NCBI GenBank assembly: GCA_964291405.2
Contig: OZ219926.1
Span: 448,001-512,000 of the forward strand
DNA: 64,000 bases
Source: Thermodesulfobacteriota bacterium
GTDB lineage: Bacteria > Desulfobacterota > Binatia > Bin18
Direction of reading: 5' to 3'
How positions within the stretch are numbered: the first letter of the stretch is position 1; each line of letters begins with the position of its first letter. The notes under the pieces are model-generated. The model saw only the letters and a list, made by a program, of their open reading frames with translations, searched no databases and was not told the origin of the DNA. Positions 57,612 to 64,000 of the stretch are shown in pieces. A program made the position numbers and the translations under genes.

Positions 57612-59042
57612 CTATTTGAGCGGTTTGGCGGAAAAGCCGTCGTCGCTATACGACAGCAGCGCCCGTTTGCTGTTGACGACCGTCTCCAACACGACCTCAT
57701 GGCCCCACAGGCGATGCAGGTAGGAAATCGCTTTCTCCGCATATTCGAGCTGGAGGTCGCGCCCTTCGTGGTGATGTTTGACGTACAGGCTACGGTTCTG
57801 ATTGTAATCCGCGTCTTCAACTTTAATGACCGGCACCCCGCCCATGCCCACGTTCTTGATCAGGGTTTCTTTGATGTCGCGCCAGTCTTCTTTATCTGAA
57901 ACCTTGGAGATCACGAGGTCCTCGCCACGTGGCTCATATTCGAACATGTCCATTTCGCGCATGAGTTCTTCGGTCAGAAAGCGGCGCAGGAAAGAGGCAT
58001 CCCGGTCCACTTCACGGGCTTCGAAAATCGCTTGGGTGCCGGTTTTGGTTGGCCGGCCATATTTTTCGATCTCCTCCGGAGTCGGATCGTCGTGGCGGCG
58101 TTTAATATCATCCCACACTTTGAGACCCAGGTAATAAGGGTTCAGGCCCTTGGGAAAGGGACGCACAACCTGGTTATGTCGGACGAGAAATTCCAGATAC
58201 AAATCCTGGGGGAGATCGAGGCTGTTCATGATTTCGCGGTGCCAGTAGCTGGCCCAGCCCTCGTTCATGATCTTCGTCTCCATCTGGGGAATAAAATACT
58301 GGGCGGTCTCGTGCACAATAGTCAGCAGGTCACGCTCCCAATCGCTCAGCTTATCGTTATGGTCACGAATAAACAGCAAGAGATCCTCTTCTGGAGAAGC
58401 CGGCAGTTTGTTGAGGTTCGGGACTTCGACATCTTCCTGCTGGTGCAGGTCTGCAAACGGATCATCCGCGGGGCGCGCGGCCTCTACCATCCTCTCCCGC
58501 TGCTCTCGTAGCGTGAGCTTTTTGATCGCAAGATTCCGCCGGCACTGCAACGAGAGACCGTGGGCGGCATCCAAAATCCATTCGACTTTTTCAACGCCAA
58601 TAGAAGGATCCTCAAGATAGGAGCGGACCCGATCGGCCTGGACCTTGAAGCGACTGATGGTGTGCTCAGACTGAGTACTTTTGAAGGTGAAATTGTTTTT
58701 GAAAAAATCGTTATGGCCGTAGACATGGGCAATCGTCAGAACCTGGAGACAAAACGAGTTGTCGGTCATCAAGTAGGCGATCGACGGGTCAGAGTTGATG
58801 ACCATCTCATACGGCAAGCCGGACACCCCGTAGTCGTACATGGTTTTGAGCTTCTCAAAGCTCTTCCCATAGGACCAATGCGGATAGTGCGACGGCATAC
58901 CCGAATAGGCCATATAGCCCAGCATCTGGTTATGGTCACAGACTTCAAACTCTTGATCAAAACAGGATAAGCCGAACTCCTGGACCTTGACGCGAATTTT
59001 TTCGTCCCAGCCCTCCAGGTCTTTCACATTCCACTCAGCCAT
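57612..59042 (-). CDS. spoVR: SpoVR/YcgB family protein
   Basis: GMP.HYPHWSYGK, YEMVINSDP.IAYL, AHVYGHNDFFKNN, YFIPQMETKIMNEGWASYWH. Confidence 0.94.
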   Translation of the reverse strand: MAEWNVKDLEGWDEKIRVKVQEFGLSCFDQEFEVCDHNQMLGYMAYSGMPSHYPHWSYGKSFEKLKTMYDYGVSGLPYEMVINSDPSIAYLMTDNSFCLQVLTIAHVYGHNDFFKNNFTFKSTQSEHTISRFKVQADRVRSYLEDPSIGVEKVEWILDAAHGLSLQCRRNLAIKKLTLREQRERMVEAARPADDPFADLHQQEDVEVPNLNKLPASPEEDLLLFIRDHNDKLSDWERDLLTIVHETAQYFIPQMETKIMNEGWASYWHREIMNSLDLPQDLYLEFLVRHNQVVRPFPKGLNPYYLGLKVWDDIKRRHDDPTPEEIEKYGRPTKTGTQAIFEAREVDRDASFLRRFLTEELMREMDMFEYEPRGEDLVISKVSDKEDWRDIKETLIKNVGMGGVPVIKVEDADYNQNRSLYVKHHHEGRDLQLEYAEKAISYLHRLWGHEVVLETVVNSKRALLSYSDDGFSAKPLK

Positions 59043-59068
59043 ACCTGCTCCTCTGCCGCCCGGTGTCC

Positions 59069-60301
59069 CTATTGTTCAGCCGTCGCACGCGTTTCCGTCG
59101 CGATCGGAGTACGTTCTTTGGACATAAAGGTCTTAAAGCTCGGCCAGATGTCTTCTTTGCGTTCGATCAGCACGGTCTGGAAATTCTCGGCTTCCAGGCG
59201 GCGGAAAATATTGAGCATGGAGCTTTCGTAATAGCGCGATCCGAGTGGCTTGATCTCACCATAGCCAAACAAGTTACACAGTTCGCACAGTTCTTGGGCG
59301 GCCTTGAGGGCTGCGGGGTTATCGGAGTCAAAATTATCTCCGTCCGAACAGTGAAAGGCGTACAGATTCCACAATGACGGATGATAGCGGGCCTGGATCA
59401 CTTCGAGCGCTTTCGTGTATCCGGAGGAGATGAACGTCCCGCCCGACTCTCCCTTATAGAAAAATTCTTCCTCGGTGACTTCTTTCCCCTCGGTATGGTG
59501 CGCAATAAAGGCAATCTCGACATTCCGGTATTTAGTGCAGACAAATTGGTACAGCATGAAGAAGAAGCTGCGCGCCAGATATTTTTTCAGGGTATCCATC
59601 GACCCCGAGGTGTCCATGATGCACAGGACCGCGGCGTTGGATTCCGGCCGGACATCCTCGACCAGATGGCGATAGACGAGGTCCTCTTTGCGAAAGGGGA
59701 AGCGCTCCTCCTCGTCCGTTTGATCGTCGTCCTGCCTGGTAGTAGCCAAGCGACGTTTAATGCGTGATTTGACCGTCCGTTTCTTATCCAGCCGAATCCG
59801 GATGCCCGCTTTCCGAAAGCCCTTGCGCTTGCTGATGCGGTCGGACAGGACCTCGCGCAAAATCTTGCGTTCCATATCCGGCAGTTCGAGGTCCTCGAAC
59901 ATGATCTCGATCAGCTCTTCCAGGGTCACATCAGTCTCATAATAATCAACACCGGGCTGATCGCCGGCTTTATCCTCGCCCTGCCCTTGGCCGGTTCCAT
60001 CGGTCTTGCCAATGACCTGGCCTTTTTCCGAGTTGCCGTCTCCCTGGCCAACGCCGGATGCGTTCTCACCGTAGATAAAGCGGTATTCCTTGACCCCACG
60101 GATGGGGACTTTGATGACTTTATCCTTGTTCTTGCCGATGATGGATTCTTCGGCAATCAGGTCGGCGATGTTCTCGCGCACCGCTTCTCTGACCTTCTGC
60201 CGGTGCCGCTGCCGGTCGCCGGCACTCCGGTCGGAGCGCAGCGCATCGGACGACGAGTACGGACGAAAGATCGCGTTGATTGTCGGTTTCATACCCTGCA
60301 C
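59069..60301 (-). CDS. YeaH/YhbH (DUF444) vWA-domain protein
   Basis: D..RHRQKV, VPIR..KEYRF.YG, C.MD.SGSM, FIAHHT, ESGGT.ISS, SDGDN. Confidence 0.92.
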   Translation of the reverse strand: MQGMKPTINAIFRPYSSSDALRSDRSAGDRQRHRQKVREAVRENIADLIAEESIIGKNKDKVIKVPIRGVKEYRFIYGENASGVGQGDGNSEKGQVIGKTDGTGQGQGEDKAGDQPGVDYYETDVTLEELIEIMFEDLELPDMERKILREVLSDRISKRKGFRKAGIRIRLDKKRTVKSRIKRRLATTRQDDDQTDEEERFPFRKEDLVYRHLVEDVRPESNAAVLCIMDTSGSMDTLKKYLARSFFFMLYQFVCTKYRNVEIAFIAHHTEGKEVTEEEFFYKGESGGTFISSGYTKALEVIQARYHPSLWNLYAFHCSDGDNFDSDNPAALKAAQELCELCNLFGYGEIKPLGSRYYESSMLNIFRRLEAENFQTVLIERKEDIWPSFKTFMSKERTPIATETRATAEQ

Positions 60302-60350
60302 CGCCTCAACTCACCTCCGCAGGCCAGACTGAAGAGCAGCCGGCTGCACG

Positions 60351-62282
60351 TTAATCTTTCCACAAATGATTGGCCGCGTATTTTAAGATCACGTCAACAC
60401 TGTCTTCCGGATACCCGAGTTCAATCAAGCGCCGCACCATGGCCGCATGTTTTTGCTGCTGTTCCTCGTCTCGCGTCCGGGCCTTGGTAATAATGCGGCT
60501 GATATCACGCACGGAACTCATGAGCTTTTTCTCAATCGCGTCCTTCAGCGGCTCATAGCTCTCATAGCCAACCTTCTCTTCCCGGCGTAATGACGCCCAG
60601 AGATAGGCAATCACCTCCTGGCGGAAGCCGTCTGCCGCCGAGCCGATAATCGCAATCTGCTCCTCAATGGATTTGAGAAACCCTTCGTCCGGCAAAAGCT
60701 CTTCCTTGGTGTTGCGATCCTTGACCTTCGTCTGGTTCACATACGCTTCGGCGTGGTCCAGGTAGTTCTGAAAGAGGGATTCGGCCTGTTCCTGATAGGA
60801 ATAAACAAAGGCTTTGGTAATCTCTTTCTCCAGAATTTCGAGATATTCTTTATGGATCGTGTCTTGGAGAAACTCCAGATACTGCTTGCGCGTATCGTCG
60901 GCAATTTCCATTTCCTTGACCATCCGAATCAGGGCTTCGCGCACACTGATCGGATTAATCGAGGACCCCCCGTCCGACAGAGCATTATCAAGCGCTTTCA
61001 TCACAAAGCGGGTGGATATGCCGGACATGCCTTCGCGCTTGGCATCCTCGCGCAGTTCTTTGACGGTGATCTTTTTGGTGCGGCCTTTTTCAACCACTTC
61101 CTCGCCGTTGTACAGGCGCAGCTTGGTCATCAGGTCGCATTTTGGCGAGGGCTCCAGACGTGACAGGATGGCGAACATCGCCGCGATTTCGAGCGTATGC
61201 GGTGCCACGCTCGCTCGGAAGTCGGAATTGTGCAGCATCTTTTGGTAGATTTTGACCTCTTCCGACTGGCGTAAATTATAGGGCACCCTGACCACCACAA
61301 TACGGTCCAGAATCGCCTCGTTGGTATGATCGGCCTTGAACTTTTGCCACTCTGCCTCGTTCGAATGGGCCACAATAACCGTGTCGACAAAGACCGTCCC
61401 GTGGCGACCTGGCGCGGGCACGAATTTCTCCTGCGTAGCCGTAATCATCGCGTGCAGATATTCCGTCTCGTTCTTGAAGACCTCAATAAACTCGACCACG
61501 CCGCGGTTACCGACGTTGAACGCCCCATTCAGTTCGAGTACACGCGGGTCGCCTTCTGAGTAACGGTCCAATTTTGAGATGTCCTCCGAGCCGATCAGCA
61601 CCGAGGTGTCCTGATTGTTGGGATCAACCGGCGGTACGACACCAATCCCGCGCCGGTTTCGCTTGGAAAAACCGACCGTGGTGACCGGCATTTCCTCATA
61701 CCGGTTTTTGAATTCCTCACGCAGGCGCCAGCGGGTCACCGGACAGAGATCGCCCTCAATCCGCACGTCGAGCATCTTCTCGAATTCTTTGCGCAAATGG
61801 CGAGGGATGAGCAAGAGCGGCTCTTCGTGCATGGGCGAGCCCGCAATCGCATAGATCGGATCAAGCCCTTCCAGCCCGCGCTGGAGCTTCTCGACGAGCG
61901 AACTCTTCCCGGCCCCAACCGGTCCCATGAGATAGAGAACCTGGCGACTCTCTTCGCCGCGCATGGCTGCGGACTGAAAGTAGCGCACGATCTGGGCCAA
62001 GGTTTCTTCAATGCCGAAGAATTCGTCCTTGAAGAAATTATAGACTTTGAGTGACTCGTCCTTGAATAGCCGTCTGACCCGTGGGTCATCGGTCTCGTTC
62101 ACATGAGAGACCCCTTCGCGCATGATCATATCATAGGTCCGCGCATGGGCGTGCTTGACCAGCGAGGGGTCTTTCCTGATCTTTTCCAGGTATTCGATGA
62201 AGGTTCCGCTCCAGTGCTTGCTCTCTTGATTCTCCCGGTCTGCCTTGATCATCCGCTCAAAAACATTTTGCTCGGCTGCCAT
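60351..62282 (-). CDS. prkA: PrkA/YeaG family AAA+ serine kinase
   Basis: FFGIEE, L.GPVGAGKS, PM.EEPL, DPNNQD, G.FN..NRG..EF.EVFK, AH.NE.EW, EG..GIS.RF. Confidence 0.94.
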   Translation of the reverse strand: MAAEQNVFERMIKADRENQESKHWSGTFIEYLEKIRKDPSLVKHAHARTYDMIMREGVSHVNETDDPRVRRLFKDESLKVYNFFKDEFFGIEETLAQIVRYFQSAAMRGEESRQVLYLMGPVGAGKSSLVEKLQRGLEGLDPIYAIAGSPMHEEPLLLIPRHLRKEFEKMLDVRIEGDLCPVTRWRLREEFKNRYEEMPVTTVGFSKRNRRGIGVVPPVDPNNQDTSVLIGSEDISKLDRYSEGDPRVLELNGAFNVGNRGVVEFIEVFKNETEYLHAMITATQEKFVPAPGRHGTVFVDTVIVAHSNEAEWQKFKADHTNEAILDRIVVVRVPYNLRQSEEVKIYQKMLHNSDFRASVAPHTLEIAAMFAILSRLEPSPKCDLMTKLRLYNGEEVVEKGRTKKITVKELREDAKREGMSGISTRFVMKALDNALSDGGSSINPISVREALIRMVKEMEIADDTRKQYLEFLQDTIHKEYLEILEKEITKAFVYSYQEQAESLFQNYLDHAEAYVNQTKVKDRNTKEELLPDEGFLKSIEEQIAIIGSAADGFRQEVIAYLWASLRREEKVGYESYEPLKDAIEKKLMSSVRDISRIITKARTRDEEQQQKHAAMVRRLIELGYPEDSVDVILKYAANHLWKD

Positions 62283-62344
62283 AAAGCGCTCCTTGTATGA
62301 GTGCAAGGGGTTGCGTTGACAGTTACCCACCACCTCTTGGGGGC

Positions 62345-62372
62345 ATTATAGGAAGTGGGGATGGCGAATCAA
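62345..62372 (-). promoter_or_regulatory. Putative sigma70-type promoter of prkA-yeaH-spoVR
   Basis: TTGATT-N16-TATAAT on the minus strand, about 60 nt upstream of the ATG. Confidence 0.6.
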
Positions 62373-62411
62373 GACCTAGATTCGGACCATACGAACAAGA
62401 GACAGGAAAGA

Positions 62412-62486
<75 letters not shown>

Positions 62487-62496
62487 AAGGAGAGAG

Positions 62497-62569
62497 CTGA
62501 GGTGGTAGGACTCGAACCTACAATCGCCTGATCCAGAGTCAGGTGGCTTACCAATTAGCCCACACCTCA
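62497..62569 (-). tRNA. tRNA-Gln (CTG)
   Basis: TGAGGTGTGGGCTAATTGGTAAGCCACCTGACTCTGGATCAGGCGATTGTAGGTTCGAGTCCTACCACCTCAG; anticodon arm CCTGA-CTCTGGA-TCAGG; U1-A72; CCA not encoded. Confidence 0.95.
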
Positions 62570-62603
62570 GTGCTGTTCACAATAAATAAGCAACCATAGG
62601 AAG

Positions 62604-64000
62604 TCAAGATTCAGCCGTGACCGGTGGCTCCGCTAGGACACGGTCAATCCGGGCAAGACAGCGTTCCTTTCCCAACACCTCCATGACTTCAAAAATCCCA
62701 GGGCTCGCCGTCTTTCCGGTGAGTGCGACTCGAACCGGTTGGGCAATTTTACCCAATTTGACCTGCTCGGTTTCCATAAACGCAACAAATACCTCATGAA
62801 GTGTCGGCTCATCCCATACTGTCACGTCGTGCAGTTGGGTCCGCAAGCGCGCCAACAGCGGAAGAGTGGCGGCCTTCAAAAATTTCTTCGCCGCCTTCTC
62901 CTCCAATGGAATATTGTCCGACAGATAGAAATGGGACTGCGTGCCCAATTCGACCAGCGTTTTCGCCCGAGGTTGCAGCGTTGTCACCATCCGTGCCAGC
63001 CAGCCGTCATCAGGCATGGGACGTTCCGTTGCAGAGAGAAAGGGCTTCACTTCTTGTGCGAGTTGCTCGGCAGGCCGCGCATTGAGATAGTGCGCATTCA
63101 GCCACTCCAGCTTTTCCGGGTTAAAGACGCCGGCTGATTTACCGACATCTTCGAGCTTGAATTTTTCTTCAAGCTCCTGCCACGAAAAGACTTCGTCGTC
63201 GCCATGCGCCCAGCCGAGACGCGCTAGAAAATTCACCAGCGCATCTGGCAAATAGCCCGCTTCTCGATACGCGCGGACGGCGGTCGCTCCGTGGCGCTTG
63301 CTGAGCGGTGCCCGGTCGTTACCCAAAATCAGAGGCAGGTGAGCGAAATGCGGGAGCGAGGCGTCCATTGCCTGGAAGAGCAGGACCTGACGCGGTGTAT
63401 TTGTCAGATGATCATCGCCTCGAACAATATGAGAGATGTGGAGGTCGGCGTCGTCGAAGACTGAGCAGAAGTTATAGGTTGGTGAGCCGTCGGAGCGCAC
63501 AAGAATCAGATCATCCAGTTCCTGATTCTGAAACACTACCCGCCCCTTGAGCAGGTCATCAACAACGGTCTCACCTTCTTTGGGACTTCGGAAACGCACC
63601 GTGTAGGGGCGAGACTCGCCCGACGCGGGCAGATAGTCCCGGCAGGTCCCATCGTAGGCCGGACTGCGCCCTGCGGCCAGTGCGGCTTTCCGTTTTGCCT
63701 CAAGCTCCTCGGGAGTGCAAAAACAGCGAAAGGCTCGCCCTTGGCTGAGCAACCGTTCCCCCATGTCCTGGTACTGCACCGAGCGCTGGCTCTGATAGTA
63801 CGGGCCCTCGTCCCAAGCCAGACCAAGCCACCGCATCGAATCCACAATATCGTCGTGGAATTCTTGGGTAGAGCGTTGTACGTCGGTGTCATCAATACGC
63901 AGCACGAAAGTTCCGGATTGTTGCCGCGCAGCAAGGAGGGCAAACAGAGCGGTCCGGGCTCCACCAATATGCAGGAAGCCGGTCGGACTCGGGGCAAAAC
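62604..64000 (-). CDS. gltX: Glutamate--tRNA ligase (start just beyond the window end)
   Basis: FAPSPTGFLHIGGARTALF, LRIDDTD..RS, RGDDHL.NT.RQ, LSKRHG, PVRVALTG...SP. Confidence 0.96.
   Translation of the reverse strand, partial: FAPSPTGFLHIGGARTALFALLAARQQSGTFVLRIDDTDVQRSTQEFHDDIVDSMRWLGLAWDEGPYYQSQRSVQYQDMGERLLSQGRAFRCFCTPEELEAKRKAALAAGRSPAYDGTCRDYLPASGESRPYTVRFRSPKEGETVVDDLLKGRVVFQNQELDDLILVRSDGSPTYNFCSVFDDADLHISHIVRGDDHLTNTPRQVLLFQAMDASLPHFAHLPLILGNDRAPLSKRHGATAVRAYREAGYLPDALVNFLARLGWAHGDDEVFSWQELEEKFKLEDVGKSAGVFNPEKLEWLNAHYLNARPAEQLAQEVKPFLSATERPMPDDGWLARMVTTLQPRAKTLVELGTQSHFYLSDNIPLEEKAAKKFLKAATLPLLARLRTQLHDVTVWDEPTLHEVFVAFMETEQVKLGKIAQPVRVALTGKTASPGIFEVMEVLGKERCLARIDRVLAEPPVTAES

Noticed and set aside
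57612-62282. prkA-yeaH-spoVR as a novel system or evidence of sporulation
   Set aside because: A well-known conserved three-gene module, widespread in non-sporulating bacteria.

Overview
A gene-dense, moderately GC-rich bacterial chromosome segment. It mixes housekeeping genes (glnS, gltX with tRNA-Gln/tRNA-Glu, htpG, ispF, prkA-yeaH-spoVR, and a peptidoglycan-recycling cluster slt/mpl/serine hydrolase/ldcA) with many scattered catabolic enzymes (hydantoinase/oxoprolinase A/B, three SDRs, two LLM/F420-type oxidoreductases, amidohydrolases, amidase, cyclase, extradiol dioxygenase, flavin monooxygenase, P450). By inference only, the content resembles Candidatus Binatia or similar host/sponge-associated deltaproteobacteria-like lineages. 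The best candidate for an undescribed system is at 46.9-51.8 kb. A 19-codon Phe/Tyr-rich leader ORF (MMADRLSSSPFSFAFYFAP) has its stop codon inside a perfect GC palindrome followed by a U6 tract. It precedes a type I-beta DAHP-synthase homologue with atypical substrate motifs (KYRS, GEPN), tightly linked to peptidoglycan-recycling genes. Other notable items: (1) two copies of a composite CGTC-REP/MITE-like element bracketing a pentapeptide-repeat gene with many in-frame tandem duplications; (2) a eukaryote-type divergent-loop cyclophilin; (3) two decayed restriction-modification loci, each next to an intact toxin-antitoxin pair; (4) three apparent frameshifts at homopolymers, which may be assembly errors. 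No CRISPR array, rRNA, transposase or integrase was seen. All protein calls come from motif recognition by eye, not database searches.
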